DNA from: Candidatus Pacearchaeota archaeon
GTDB lineage: Archaea > Nanobdellota > Nanobdellia > Pacearchaeales > GW2011-AR1
Assembly (NCBI GenBank): GCA_016866975.1
Contig: VGKP01000006.1
Span: 1 to 44,665 of the forward strand
Reading direction: 5' to 3'
Length of the DNA stretch: 44,665 nucleotides
Positions 7,953-17,907 of the stretch are shown piece after piece (positions within the stretch are counted from its first letter, which is position 1; the number at the start of each line of letters is the position of its first letter). The position numbers and the translations under genes are program-made. A model generated the notes under the pieces. That model saw only the letters and a list, made by a program, of their open reading frames with translations. It ran no database searches and had not been told where the DNA came from.

Positions 7953-8886
7953 TTAGTCTTTCCTCCTTCAGATTCTTACCTCGAGAAACGTCAACAGATT
8001 GGGTTTTTTTCACCTTAATTTTTTTAAGGTCGTCATATGCTCCCCGGATGTTGCCTCTTATCATCTTTCCATCTTCAGCATACTGGGCGGTTCCTGTATC
8101 TACTATCAAGCCTTTCATTGAGTTAATCATATTTTGAACTTTCATAACTTGTTCATCTGAAATATTAATCTCTTTAGACTTAATATGTGCAAGTGTTGCG
8201 CTTAGTCTCTCAATCTCAAACTTCGCAGCAAAATGGAAATTAACACCGTTCTTGCAACCATTAAATAAGCAATATTTTTTAATCGTCGAGTGTAATTCAT
8301 CAGAGCTGTTGGCTTTAGCAATAGCATCTTTCAAAGGTACTATCACTTGTGCATTTGCGTCAGAGATAACTTTTCTCATCCCGCTAGCATTCAATCCTTT
8401 AGCTTCAAATTTATCTGTAAGGGCAGTATGTTGTTCAAGTATTTTTGTGTAAGCTTCAACTCTTTTCTCTCCAAGATTCTTCATACCATTTTGCTGGCAA
8501 GTTTTGAATATATCATGCACTTTCTTGTACTCATCCTTCAGCGCTTGTTTTTGCTCCTTTTTCAGGCCGCCATGTTTGAGGCTCCTATGGCTGTCGACAC
8601 CAATCCTTGCAGATTTTAAATCTGTATCTACATTATTCTTTACAAATTCTCTTATCTTTGAAGCATTACCTGTTGTAGCCTGTTCAATTAGCATATTTTT
8701 ATCTTTGGTCAGATTACTTATCAGAAGGGAAAAATTTGTATTATTTATATTTCTCTCGTAAGCACCAAGCACAGCAATGGTGAAATCTATTTTACAAGTT
8801 ATAGGATCGACATTTTCTAGTGCAGCAGACATAGATACTGCCAGCACCATCGCAATTACCCCTGCTACGATAACTTTATAGAACAT
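7936..8886 (-). CDS. Secreted helical/coiled-coil protein (start reassigned to MFYK)
   Basis: Sec-type signal VIVAGVIAMVLAVSMSAA; minus-strand TATA starting at 8915 is 29 nt before the ATG at 8886. Confidence 0.75.
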   Translation of the reverse strand: MFYKVIVAGVIAMVLAVSMSAALENVDPITCKIDFTIAVLGAYERNINNTNFSLLISNLTKDKNMLIEQATTGNASKIREFVKNNVDTDLKSARIGVDSHRSLKHGGLKKEQKQALKDEYKKVHDIFKTCQQNGMKNLGEKRVEAYTKILEQHTALTDKFEAKGLNASGMRKVISDANAQVIVPLKDAIAKANSSDELHSTIKKYCLFNGCKNGVNFHFAAKFEIERLSATLAHIKSKEINISDEQVMKVQNMINSMKGLIVDTGTAQYAEDGKMIRGNIRGAYDDLKKIKVKKTQSVDVSRGKNLKEERLNEQRN

Positions 8887-8979
8887 TAAATTATCGCACA
8901 ATCTATTTATTTAAATCTTCCGGAAAAGGTTTAAATTGTAAAAGCAAAGCCTTAAAAATGCTTAATTCTCGTTATTTCT

Positions 8980-9378
8980 GTGAGTCAGGGAGCTGACTTC
9001 GGAGTCGGTCATTCAATTGACAAGAGTGCTTATACATTCTGATTCTGAGGAAGGTCCGGACATCCGTTTTCCTTACAGAAAACGATAATGCGATGTGCTG
9101 AAAAGCATATAGTTGTGAAGCTAAGCTCTCCTGCAATCATGTAAATGTTGCGGGCACAGAGGACTTTAGTCTTCTGTGGCTACAGAAACGCCACCGCTCT
9201 CTTTGAGCAATGCACCATGCGGGAAGCTAAGACGAGAGAGACAGGATGAAACGAGCACCTTCGCAGATGCAAGTGCCCAAGCCGCACGCAAAGACAGATG
9301 TCAGCACGCACTGTATGTAGCCTAAGGGAAAACCGTAGGTTGTCGTAGTTCGACAGAATCTGGCCTACTCTGACTCAC
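8980..9378 (+). ncRNA. rnpB: RNase P RNA
   Basis: P1 GTGAGTCAG/CTGACTCAC; GAGGAAGGTCCGGA pairs with TCTGGCCT (P4 with bulged U); P2 GCTGAC/GTCAGC; TATA at 8951, 29 nt before the first base. Confidence 0.9.
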
Positions 9379-9427
9379 ACTTTTCTATAACAATAATCTT
9401 TATATTGTTTGGAAAATTAAAATAATT

Positions 9428-9676
9428 ATGAAAGAAAAATATAAAATCTCAGATCTCAAAAGGGAAATGAGAGGAGTGCGTATAGGCAGATATTCTTTTG
9501 TTGGAGCATTAAGAACCTCTCTTGGCGATGAAGGGGCTATGCTTTGGTTTTACCATACAAAAATCCGACCACTTGGAAATATGACTCCTCATAACTATGT
9601 TGATAGACGGGGGCAGAGTGGAAAGGAATGCCTAGCAGGAGTAGTTTATGCCTTGGTCACAGGTCAGCCAGATTAG
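9428..9676 (+). CDS. Hypothetical protein (82 aa)
   Basis: TATA at 9399, 29 nt before the ATG. Confidence 0.55.
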   Translation: MKEKYKISDLKREMRGVRIGRYSFVGALRTSLGDEGAMLWFYHTKIRPLGNMTPHNYVDRRGQSGKECLAGVVYALVTGQPD

Positions 9677-9739
9677 TCTTATTTTTGCCTCATTTTCTCC
9701 TAAAAACATTTAAAAGTCACTTAACTTTAACTTTATTAA

Positions 9740-9811
9740 GGGCGGGTAGCTCAGTGGGAGAGCACACGACTGAAGCTCGTGGTGTCGGGGGTTCGATTCC
9801 CTCTCCGCCCA
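9740..9811 (+). tRNA. trnF: tRNA-Phe (GAA)
   Basis: Acceptor GGGCGGG/TCCGCCC; anticodon arm CACGA-CTGAAGC-TCGTG; TTCGA; 72 nt; no intron. Confidence 0.97.
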
Positions 9812-9865
9812 TTTTTGTTTCAGATAAGTCATAACATTTATAAAACCCTACACTCTTTATACACT

Positions 9866-10153
9866 ATGAAAAAAAGAGCTGTCAAGTATTTGACCTCCAA
9901 CTATAATAGTTTTGGCACGGCAAGCGTTGTCTTAAGCATTGTAAGCTTGGTCTTCCCCTCATATTATGGAATTGTACCGGGCATAGTAGCTCTAGTATTT
10001 GCTCTCAAGCAAAGACACGATAGTAATAATAATTGGGCCCTTTGGGGACTTACGCTATCAATAATAGGGATTGTTCTTAATCTATTGGATATTTTATACG
10101 GATCTCAAACTCAGTTTGTTGCCGAATATATAAAGTCTTATAGGGAGTCATAA
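9866..10153 (+). CDS. Small membrane protein, DUF4190-like (start reassigned to MKKRAV)
   Basis: Hydrophobic helices with a GIVALVFALKQ...ALWGLTLSIIG pattern; TATA at 9837, 29 nt before the ATG. Confidence 0.7.
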   Translation: MKKRAVKYLTSNYNSFGTASVVLSIVSLVFPSYYGIVPGIVALVFALKQRHDSNNNWALWGLTLSIIGIVLNLLDILYGSQTQFVAEYIKSYRES

Positions 10154-10158
10154 TTCAC

Positions 10159-10773
10159 ATGAAAAGTCTTCTACAACAACCTAAAAAGGGGGCAATCGAG
10201 CTTTCAATAGGGACAATAGTCATTATTGTTCTAGGCATGACCATGCTCATTTTAGGCCTTATTCTTATAAGGCAAATATTCTTCGTTGCAAATAAAAGTA
10301 TTACTTCAATTGATGAAAAGGTTAGAGGAGAAATTGATAAGCAACTTGGAGGGGAAGAAGGATATATTAGAATATATACGGAAGATGGAGAAAAAAAAGT
10401 TTCTGTGAAGGCAGGATCGAGTAATTTCGGTGTGGCTATAGCAGCACGTACTCAAGATGGATCTAAGGCTGATAAAGATAGGCTTCAATATCGCCTTTCG
10501 TTGGGTCCCCAAAATGGTAAGAGTTGCATTGATGACAAATATCTAGGTCGGCAGAAGACAGAAGATCTTTTTAAGACTCCTTTAAACAAACAATTACCAT
10601 TTCAAGAATTTCATGGAGAGGATAAAGCATATGATGTAATTCTTTTGGATATTCCATCAGGTACAGTTAGCTGTACACAAAGAGTAATTTTAGATGTTAC
10701 CGATACAAAAGTGGGACAGTCTATAGGTGGCAATTTCTTTACTTTAGAAATTACCAAAGGAGGATTTTTCTGA
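10159..10773 (+). CDS. Type IV pilin-like protein with class III signal peptide
   Basis: KKG/AIELSIGTIVIIVLGMTMLILG N-terminus followed by a beta-rich domain. Confidence 0.8.
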   Translation: MKSLLQQPKKGAIELSIGTIVIIVLGMTMLILGLILIRQIFFVANKSITSIDEKVRGEIDKQLGGEEGYIRIYTEDGEKKVSVKAGSSNFGVAIAARTQDGSKADKDRLQYRLSLGPQNGKSCIDDKYLGRQKTEDLFKTPLNKQLPFQEFHGEDKAYDVILLDIPSGTVSCTQRVILDVTDTKVGQSIGGNFFTLEITKGGFF

Positions 10774-10883
10774 TGCCTAAAAAGACTAAATCGGAAGATA
10801 AAGAAGAAGAATATCTTTTTGACGATGAAAGCGATTCAGAAGAAACGGAGTGGAATGACGAGGAAGAGGAAGGGTTTAATTAA
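10773..10883 (+). CDS. 36-aa very acidic small protein (not in ORF track)
   Basis: MPKKTKSEDKEEEYLFDDESDSEETEWNDEEEEGFN*; TGATG overlap with the pilin-gene stop; GGAGG at 10759-10763. Confidence 0.55.
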   Translation: MPKKTKSEDKEEEYLFDDESDSEETEWNDEEEEGFN

Positions 10884-10957
10884 GTTTAAAAATCCAGGAA
10901 AAAATAACTCATTATTTAAATATAAACAATTAAAAACAAGCTTTTTGTCGTTAATTT

Positions 10958-11542
10958 ATGCAATCTCTGATTAAAGATTTTAAGAAATACAAGTGGTTTG
11001 TAACCTCTAATGGCAAGCTAGTTATAGGTGGGAAGAGTGCTGCTCAAAATGACGCCCTTCTCAATAAGGTAAAATCTGAAAGAGTTACATTGATTGTGAT
11101 GCACACAACATCTCCAGGCAGTCCATTCACAGTCATCCTTTCACCTTTATCCAAGATAAGTGATAAAGAAATGGAGGAATGCGCTATTTTCACAGGTTGC
11201 TTTAGTCAAGCGTGGAAGAGCGGCAAAAGAAGCACAGAGGTGGACATATTCAGATCAGACCAGCTCTACAAATCTAATAAAATGAAAGAAGGAATGTGGG
11301 GAGTAAATGGCAAGATTGAAAGAAAAAAGGTTATCTTGAAACTGGTCTTGACTATTCAGAAAGATATATTGAGGGCAGTGCCAGAGCTATCTATTAAAAC
11401 TAAAAAAGATTCGATGCTCATAATTATTCCCGGAAAGACAGATAAAAATGACTTGTTCGACGAATTAGATAAGACGATGTATAATTTTACAAAAGAAGAG
11501 TTCCTATCCGCTCTCCCTGCAGGAGGTTCAAAAATAATATGA
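10958..11542 (+). CDS. NFACT-R (DUF814) RNA-binding domain protein
   Basis: YKWFVTSNGKLVIGGKSAAQND...MHT...PGSPF...SQAWK motif set. Confidence 0.85.
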   Translation: MQSLIKDFKKYKWFVTSNGKLVIGGKSAAQNDALLNKVKSERVTLIVMHTTSPGSPFTVILSPLSKISDKEMEECAIFTGCFSQAWKSGKRSTEVDIFRSDQLYKSNKMKEGMWGVNGKIERKKVILKLVLTIQKDILRAVPELSIKTKKDSMLIIIPGKTDKNDLFDELDKTMYNFTKEEFLSALPAGGSKII

Positions 11543-11793
11543 GTTTCTATGTAAAATTCCAGATTGGAAAAGCAGGCGTAACACCTGGTGTGATCGAATC
11601 ACTTTCATTAGTATTGAAAACTCACAAAGATGTCAGGATCTCAGTCCTAAAGTCTTCAGGTAGGGATAAAGAGAAGATTAAATACATGGTTCAACAAATG
11701 ACAGAAGGTTTATCCGCGAAGACAGGACAAAGTTATACTGCAAGAATAATTGGATTTACAGTCATACTTAGAAGACACGCTCCGCAAAAGTAA
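11539..11793 (+). CDS. YhbY/CRM-domain RNA-binding protein
   Basis: FQIGKAGVT and IIGFTVIL motifs; ATGA-coupled to the upstream gene. Confidence 0.8.
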   Translation: MSFYVKFQIGKAGVTPGVIESLSLVLKTHKDVRISVLKSSGRDKEKIKYMVQQMTEGLSAKTGQSYTARIIGFTVILRRHAPQK

Positions 11794-11827
11794 GATTTAT
11801 AAGCCCTCTTTTTTACCTACAGATGCA

Positions 11828-12238
11828 ATGACAGACATTCGTTCTATTGAACCTGGAAAGTACAACGCATCACTAGCAGGTGCATTGAAAGAGATTGAAG
11901 AATTCAAGAGGCCAGAATGGATAGAATTTGTAAAGTCCGGCCAGCATAAGCAGAGACCCATCAATAACCCCGATTTTTGGTATATTCGTGGCGCCAGCAT
12001 ATTAAGACAGATATACATACAAGGAATAGTAGGCGTCCAGAGGTTGAGGACGAGGTATGGCGGTAGGAAAGACAGAGGTATGAAACCTCCTCAGTTCAGG
12101 AAATCTGGGGGAAAAATAATTCGTACGATTTTACAGCAGTCTGAGGCCGCAGGCCTTATAGAAAAGGCAAAGGGAAAGAATGCCGGAAGACAGCTTACTA
12201 AAAAGGGAAAAGAATTCTTGGAAGGTATTAAAGTATGA
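11828..12238 (+). CDS. rps19e: 30S ribosomal protein eS19
   Basis: PEWIEFVKSG, DFWYIRGASILRQIY, GVQRLRTRYGG, GRQLTKKG; start reassigned to MTDIRS. Confidence 0.95.
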   Translation: MTDIRSIEPGKYNASLAGALKEIEEFKRPEWIEFVKSGQHKQRPINNPDFWYIRGASILRQIYIQGIVGVQRLRTRYGGRKDRGMKPPQFRKSGGKIIRTILQQSEAAGLIEKAKGKNAGRQLTKKGKEFLEGIKV

Positions 12239-12441
12239 GAAGAGTGTACCAGAAGAAATTAGCTCTTGCGGTAGCCTCAAGGCAGACTAAATGGGCACCT
12301 TTTTGGGCAGTATTAAGAAAGTTTGGAAAAGGAAAAGCAGGTCACGTTCATCCTTCACAAATAACTAAAAACAGGAGACATTGGAGAAGAACAAAACTAA
12401 AGCTTAAGCCAAGAAGATCTCCAAAGTCACACTTAGGTTAA
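12235..12441 (+). CDS. rpl39e: 50S ribosomal protein eL39
   Basis: KKLALA...RQ...APFW...RRHWRRTKL; adjacent to eL31. Confidence 0.9.
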   Translation: MRRVYQKKLALAVASRQTKWAPFWAVLRKFGKGKAGHVHPSQITKNRRHWRRTKLKLKPRRSPKSHLG

Positions 12442-12442
12442 T

Positions 12443-12970
12443 ATGGTAGAAAATAAGGTATTAGAACGTGAATACATCATACCTCTCAGAAGGATCTGGA
12501 TTCGTGTTCCGCAATACGAAAGGACAGGAAAAGCCGTAAAAGCAATCAAGCAATTTATAGCAAAACACATGAAGGTCACAGATCGCGATGTCAATAAGGT
12601 AAAATTAGACATTTTTTTCAATAATGATCTATGGTTCAAGGGAAGGACAAATCCTCCAGGAAAAGTTAGAGTCAAAGCAAAGAAGGAAGGAGATATTGTC
12701 CATGTGACATTTGTAGAAACGCCTCAGCTAGTTGCATTCAAGAAACTCAGAGAGATGAAGAAGCATATGCCTACAAAGAAAGATGCTCCTAAGGAGACTG
12801 AAGAAAAGAAGGAAGAGAAGACTGAAGAACAGAAAAAAGATGAAGAAGAAAAAGGAAAATCAGTTGAACAAGCCAACATAAAGCAAGCTGAACAGCAGGC
12901 AAAGGCACAGAAGCACACCACTAAGGTTGAGAAAACTCAGAGACCTCAAAGAATGGCGTTGCAGAAGTAA
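12443..12970 (+). CDS. rpl31e: 50S ribosomal protein eL31 with long charged C-terminal extension
   Basis: EREYIIPLRR, KAVKAIKQFIAKHMK, PPGKVRVKAKK; K/E-rich tail of about 80 aa. Confidence 0.95.
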   Translation: MVENKVLEREYIIPLRRIWIRVPQYERTGKAVKAIKQFIAKHMKVTDRDVNKVKLDIFFNNDLWFKGRTNPPGKVRVKAKKEGDIVHVTFVETPQLVAFKKLREMKKHMPTKKDAPKETEEKKEEKTEEQKKDEEEKGKSVEQANIKQAEQQAKAQKHTTKVEKTQRPQRMALQK

Positions 12971-13000
12971 GTTTATATTCTTATTAATTTTCTTTCTTTT

Positions 13001-13696
13001 ATGTCCTCTCTTCAATCATCACTCCTCGCACTAAAAAATCCAGAGAAAGCCGCGCTCTTGCAGAGATTTTTCAAAACAGGAAAAGGAGAATATGCAGAAG
13101 GAGATATTTTTATCGGTATAATGGTCCCACAAATAAGAGAAATAATTAAGCAATTCCATTCTCTCTCTCTAAAAGAAATCCAATCCTCTCTGAAGTCAAA
13201 ATATCATGAAGAGCGCCTCGCCGCTCTTTTAATTCTTGTCTATCAATTTGAAAAAAATCCGAATAAAAGAGAAGAAATATACGATCTCTATATCTCAAAC
13301 ACAAAAAATATCAATAACTGGGACTTGGTCGACCTCAGCGCCCCAAGAATCGTTGGGCATTTTCTTTTAGACAAAGACAAGAGCAAATTATTTCAGTTAG
13401 CCCGCTCTAATTTGCTTTGGGACAGAAGAATAGCAATTATTTCAACAGCATATTTCATAAGGGAAAGCCGATTTGAAGAAACGCTCCACATCGCAGAGAT
13501 TCTCCTCAAAGACAAGCACGATTTAATTCACAAGGCAGTCGGCTGGATGCTCCGTGAAGTCGGTAAAAAAGACCTTCAAACTCTAAAATCTTTTCTCAAC
13601 CAGCATCATTCTAGCATGTCTCGCACATCTCTCCGCTACGCTATCGAGCGTTTCCCAGAAAAAGAAAGGAAGGCCTATTTAGACGGAAGAATATGA
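13001..13696 (+). CDS. alkD: DNA alkylation repair protein, AlkD family
   Basis: FFKTGKGEYAEGD, NNWDLVD, LIHKAVGWMLREVGK, RYAIE. Confidence 0.9.
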   Translation: MSSLQSSLLALKNPEKAALLQRFFKTGKGEYAEGDIFIGIMVPQIREIIKQFHSLSLKEIQSSLKSKYHEERLAALLILVYQFEKNPNKREEIYDLYISNTKNINNWDLVDLSAPRIVGHFLLDKDKSKLFQLARSNLLWDRRIAIISTAYFIRESRFEETLHIAEILLKDKHDLIHKAVGWMLREVGKKDLQTLKSFLNQHHSSMSRTSLRYAIERFPEKERKAYLDGRI

Positions 13697-13767
13697 TTCC
13701 TTACAAAGTCTCTTAATTAAATAGCCATAATGTAATAAACTTAAACTAGGCCGATATGATTATTTTC

Positions 13768-13959
13768 TCACATTCCCAAACTCTTCAGCATTCCATAAAC
13801 AATTATTGCAGGCCATACAATCGCCTTAAGCACTCCAAGAACTCCCATCCAGAATCCAGAAGCTGTAGAAATATAATAAACAGCTGCACCGATAAATCCA
13901 AGACCATATACGGCTCCTCCGCATCCACTGCATCCAACACATTTAATATTTCCTTTCAT
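13768..13959 (-). CDS. Small membrane protein with N-terminal CxxCxxC
   Basis: GGAVYGLGFIGAAVYYI...GFWMGVLGVLKAIVWPA; GGAGG SD before the ATG at 13959. Confidence 0.75.
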   Translation of the reverse strand: MKGNIKCVGCSGCGGAVYGLGFIGAAVYYISTASGFWMGVLGVLKAIVWPAIIVYGMLKSLGM

Positions 13960-14011
13960 CTTCCACCTCCAATTATTCATAGAAAGAGAGATATTTAAAT
14001 GTTATAACTTC

Positions 14012-15766
14012 CTAAATCCTATTCTGCGTCCGATACAACTCATAGAAATGCCTCTTCTTTCTAACAAGCTCATCAAATGTTCCTTCCTCTGTAATTGTGC
14101 CTCCACTCATTAGAATAATCTTATCGACATCTCTCAAAGTAGAAAGTCTATGTGCAATAACCAGCAAGGTAGAATTCTCAAGTGCTTTGTCAAGATTCTC
14201 TCTTATTTTAGTTTCTGTCTTGCTATCGAGGTGAGAAGTCGCTTCATCAAGAATAAGCATTGGAAAATTAGCATAAACTGCTCTCGCAATTCCAACTCTC
14301 TGTCTTTCTCCTCCGCTAAGTCGGTATCCTCTCTCACCTATCAGGGTCTTAAGTCCTTGCGGAAGCCTTTTTATCATTTCCTGCAGCTCGCTCGTTCTCG
14401 CGGCAATCGCAACTTTCTCTTCATTAGGCTTTTCATCAGTAATTGCTATGTTCCCAGCAAGAGGCAAATTAAACATTTCAGAATCTTGTAGAACAATTCC
14501 TATCTGCTTGTTTATAGAACTCTGTTTGTAATCGCGGAGCGGCTTCCCGTCAATAAGAATCTCTCCTTCTTGCGGCTCATAAAGTCCCAAAATCAACTTG
14601 GCAAGCGTAGACTTTCCAGAGCCAGAGCGTCCAACAATTCCTATCTTATTACCTCTATTTATTCTGAGATTAAAATTTTTTAGAACCCATTTGTCCTTAT
14701 ATCTAAATCCAACATTCATAAATTCTATTCTTCTCCAATTATGATTTACTTCGGCCAACTTTGGTGACTCTCTTTCGATGGTCTTCTCATCAAGAAGGCT
14801 CATTATTCGCCCTATACCTGACTTTAGCTCGATTATTCTGTCGCTAGAATTAATAAGCATATCCGAGCTTTCTCTAAGTCTTCCAAAATAATTTGCAAAA
14901 ACAAATATCGTGGCAGCCTCAATTATTCCTTTAGCAGCATCAAATCCCAGCAGAACAATAAATAACCCGTACCCCAAAGATGCAACAATAGATATAATCA
15001 TTGATTTTTTCGCTTCAAGGGATCTATTTTTCAACCATATTTTATAATATTCATCTTCATGTGATTCAAGGGAATTCCTGAAATTTTCTTTCAATCCCAG
15101 GGATTTAACTGCAAGAATATTAGCCGCAGATTCATGTACCTTTCCGCTAAGTTTTTCATTTATCTTATTAAGTTTATCCTGAAGGACAGCCTTTTTTTTC
15201 ATAAAATAGCTTTGAAGTGACAAAAATACTATTAAATAACCGATTGCAAAAAGACCATATTTAAAGTCAAGCAGCACAAATATGACGAAGGCACCACCCA
15301 TTCCAGTCAGAATGCTCATTCCTTCATTAACAAACATCCTCATTGCATCATAGATATTCTGTCCTCCACTGCTTATTTTCTGTATTTTTGCCCCAGTGTT
15401 TTCTTTTTCATGCCACTTCAGTTCCAGATCAATGAGCTTGCTCATCGCAATAATTCTTATCTTCTTTCTTATATCTGCTCCAAGAGTAAGAATCGATAGC
15501 TTTGCATTCTGTCTAGTCAAGGTCATAATTATTCCTACTGCTGCAATCCCCGCAGCATATAGATAAAATGGCTGCAAGCTTTCGCCAGAATCATATTTAA
15601 CAAAAAAATCTACAATCTTCCCAAGAAAATAAATTGAAACATATCCCAAAAGTCCGGCGGCGAACATAGCGAGCATCCAAAAACTAAATTTAACTCTATT
15701 TCCTTTTAGCAATAGCCAAAAATCCTTAACAAGCCTCTTTGCAGAATACACGCTCTTCTTATTCAT
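14012..15766 (-). CDS. ABC exporter, fused TMD-NBD (MsbA/ABCB-like)
   Basis: GRSGSGKST, LSGGERQR, LILDEATSHLD, IAHRL; start reassigned to MNKKSV from TATA spacing. Confidence 0.92.
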   Translation of the reverse strand: MNKKSVYSAKRLVKDFWLLLKGNRVKFSFWMLAMFAAGLLGYVSIYFLGKIVDFFVKYDSGESLQPFYLYAAGIAAVGIIMTLTRQNAKLSILTLGADIRKKIRIIAMSKLIDLELKWHEKENTGAKIQKISSGGQNIYDAMRMFVNEGMSILTGMGGAFVIFVLLDFKYGLFAIGYLIVFLSLQSYFMKKKAVLQDKLNKINEKLSGKVHESAANILAVKSLGLKENFRNSLESHEDEYYKIWLKNRSLEAKKSMIISIVASLGYGLFIVLLGFDAAKGIIEAATIFVFANYFGRLRESSDMLINSSDRIIELKSGIGRIMSLLDEKTIERESPKLAEVNHNWRRIEFMNVGFRYKDKWVLKNFNLRINRGNKIGIVGRSGSGKSTLAKLILGLYEPQEGEILIDGKPLRDYKQSSINKQIGIVLQDSEMFNLPLAGNIAITDEKPNEEKVAIAARTSELQEMIKRLPQGLKTLIGERGYRLSGGERQRVGIARAVYANFPMLILDEATSHLDSKTETKIRENLDKALENSTLLVIAHRLSTLRDVDKIILMSGGTITEEGTFDELVRKKRHFYELYRTQNRI

Positions 15767-15891
15767 TAATTTCTCTACTCTCAAAGATTATTTAAATCTT
15801 TCGTTTTATTATCCCTAAAAAGAGGTAACAAAATCAAATCTCCTCATACAAACAAGTGTATCTTTAAATACTTATCGATATGAATGATTCT

Positions 15892-16758
15892 ATGCTCGAT
15901 ATCCAAGTTATAAAGTCTAAAAAATCTACCGAAGATCTTATTCGTTTCAGTATTATAAATATAGATAAGCCTTCTGGGCCCACCTCTTTCCAGGTTTCTC
16001 AATTTGTGAAGAATTCTCTTAATGTTAATAAGACATCTCATTTTGGCACTCTCGACCCAGCAGTATCTGGTGTGCTTCCAGTAGGGATAGGTAGAGCTTG
16101 TCGGTTAAACGAATATCTTATGCACAGAGATAAGACTTATGTGGGCATCATGAGAGTACACCAAGAAATATCAGAATCAAAATTAAATAAGATTGTGGAA
16201 AAATTCATCGGAAAAATTCAGCAACTTCCACCTGTGCGTTCCCGTGTCAAGAGAGCAGTCCGCGAGCGTGAAATTAAGTATTTCAATATCTTGGAGATCG
16301 ACGGCAAAGACATTCTTTTTGAAACACAAGTTCAAGCAGGGACGTATATAAGGAAAATCTGCGACGATATGGGGAAAGAAATTGGTGGCGCACATATGTT
16401 AGAACTCCGTCGGACACAGGCAGGTTTATTCTCGGAGAAGGATATTCATACACTATATGATTTTGAGAATGCTCTAAATAAATTTAAAGATGGCGAAGAT
16501 AAAATTTTGAGATCGATGCTTGTACCTGGAGAGATAGTAACTACAATAATGCCGACTATAGAGGTAAGAAAGGATGTAGTTAAGAAATGTTTAACTGGGA
16601 GTCCAATCTTTCTCTCTTTCCTCAAGGACAAAGATCATGTCAAGAACCTCATAGAAGAGGGAAAGATTTGCATAATTTCCGAGGATAAATTCATTGGCTG
16701 TTACAAGTTTATAGGAAAGGAAGATCTGGTGGCCAAGCCGGAATTTGTACTTAATTGA
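15892..16758 (+). CDS. cbf5: Cbf5/TruB-family pseudouridine synthase
   Basis: [30 protein letters not shown]; TATA at 15863 is 29 nt before the ATG at 15892. Confidence 0.92.
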   Translation: MLDIQVIKSKKSTEDLIRFSIINIDKPSGPTSFQVSQFVKNSLNVNKTSHFGTLDPAVSGVLPVGIGRACRLNEYLMHRDKTYVGIMRVHQEISESKLNKIVEKFIGKIQQLPPVRSRVKRAVREREIKYFNILEIDGKDILFETQVQAGTYIRKICDDMGKEIGGAHMLELRRTQAGLFSEKDIHTLYDFENALNKFKDGEDKILRSMLVPGEIVTTIMPTIEVRKDVVKKCLTGSPIFLSFLKDKDHVKNLIEEGKICIISEDKFIGCYKFIGKEDLVAKPEFVLN

Positions 16759-16810
16759 TTGGGTTCTGTCTATAAGAAGATTATTTAAAGAAGAATTTCA
16801 GGATAAAATT

Positions 16811-17149
16811 ATGGAAAAAATCACCTGGGAAGATTTCGAAAAAGTAGAACTTCGTGTAGGCACAATTCTAAAAGTTGAAGAATTTCCAGAAGCAAAGAAG
16901 CCTGCCTATAAGCTAGAAATTGATTTTGGCGAGGAGATAGGAGTCAAAAAATCCAGCGCTCAGATAACCAAGCATTATACAAAGCAACAACTCATAGGAA
17001 AGCAAGTCATTGGTGTAGTAAATTTTCCTAAAAAACAGATTGGGCCATTCATCTCAGAGGTATTGACGACAGGATTTGCAGATGAGAATGGAGATATAGT
17101 GCTCGCAGCTCCAGAGAGAAAAGTTCCGAATGGATCCAAATTATTCTGA
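16811..17149 (+). CDS. csaA: CsaA/Trbp111 tRNA-binding chaperone
   Basis: [38 protein letters not shown]. Confidence 0.9.
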   Translation: MEKITWEDFEKVELRVGTILKVEEFPEAKKPAYKLEIDFGEEIGVKKSSAQITKHYTKQQLIGKQVIGVVNFPKKQIGPFISEVLTTGFADENGDIVLAAPERKVPNGSKLF

Positions 17150-17185
17150 ACAAAGCCTTAAAAGCTCATCTGTCTAAATCTCAGC

Positions 17186-17863
17186 ATGAGAGAGTTCATA
17201 TATTATTCACGTACTGCTCCTACATCAGGCAGTTATGTCACCGAGGACCTCCAAAGGTCTGGAAGGATAGATATCGCGATTCACACAGTGATTGCAACTT
17301 TTTTTCTCAGTCATAAAATCCGGACTGATGCTCGGCTTCATCTTTGCTTCGCAGGGCCACCAGATCCTCCCAAGCACCTTGAGCTTAAACCAGTTACGGA
17401 AGGGAAGACCGGGATAGACAAGATTTATTTAGCCAAGAAAGACGTCTCTGGTGTCCTAAAAAAAATGCTTTATAAGTATAGAGAAGGAGAAAAGAAAGAA
17501 GTCTTCCCCGGATTCTGGATTGAGAAGAAAGGATTTCTGGAAGTTGCAAAGGGGCTGACAGAACAAGGGAGAAATCTTTACATCCTAGACCCCAAAGGAG
17601 AAGATATTCGTACAGTAGAAATAAAAGAAAATCCTGTCTTTATTTTGGGAGATCATAAAGGCCTTCCACTCAAGGAACTAAAGCGCCTTAAGTCTTATTG
17701 TACACCAGTCACTATCGGCCCAAAGGTCTATTTTGCCTCGCAGACCATTGCCATTGTCAACAATGAATTAGATAGGAGAGAAGCAGATGGCAGGTTATCT
17801 CCCTCACAAAGTGACCTTTCCTTAGAAGATAACACCGACGACAATATTAGTGATGCAGAGTAA
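17186..17863 (+). CDS. trmY: tRNA pseudouridine-54 N1-methyltransferase (SPOUT)
   Basis: SGRIDI, FFLSHKIRTD, FILGDHKG, IGPKVYFASQTI. Confidence 0.88.
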   Translation: MREFIYYSRTAPTSGSYVTEDLQRSGRIDIAIHTVIATFFLSHKIRTDARLHLCFAGPPDPPKHLELKPVTEGKTGIDKIYLAKKDVSGVLKKMLYKYREGEKKEVFPGFWIEKKGFLEVAKGLTEQGRNLYILDPKGEDIRTVEIKENPVFILGDHKGLPLKELKRLKSYCTPVTIGPKVYFASQTIAIVNNELDRREADGRLSPSQSDLSLEDNTDDNISDAE

Positions 17864-17907
17864 ACAAACACAACAATCTTTAAAAGCTCTAGTCAAATAA
17901 AGGATGT

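Noticed and set aside
17151-17168. CAAAGCCTTAAAAGC as a third mini-element hairpin
   Set aside because: It does not form the stem; it matches the BRE-TATA also seen at 8945-8958.
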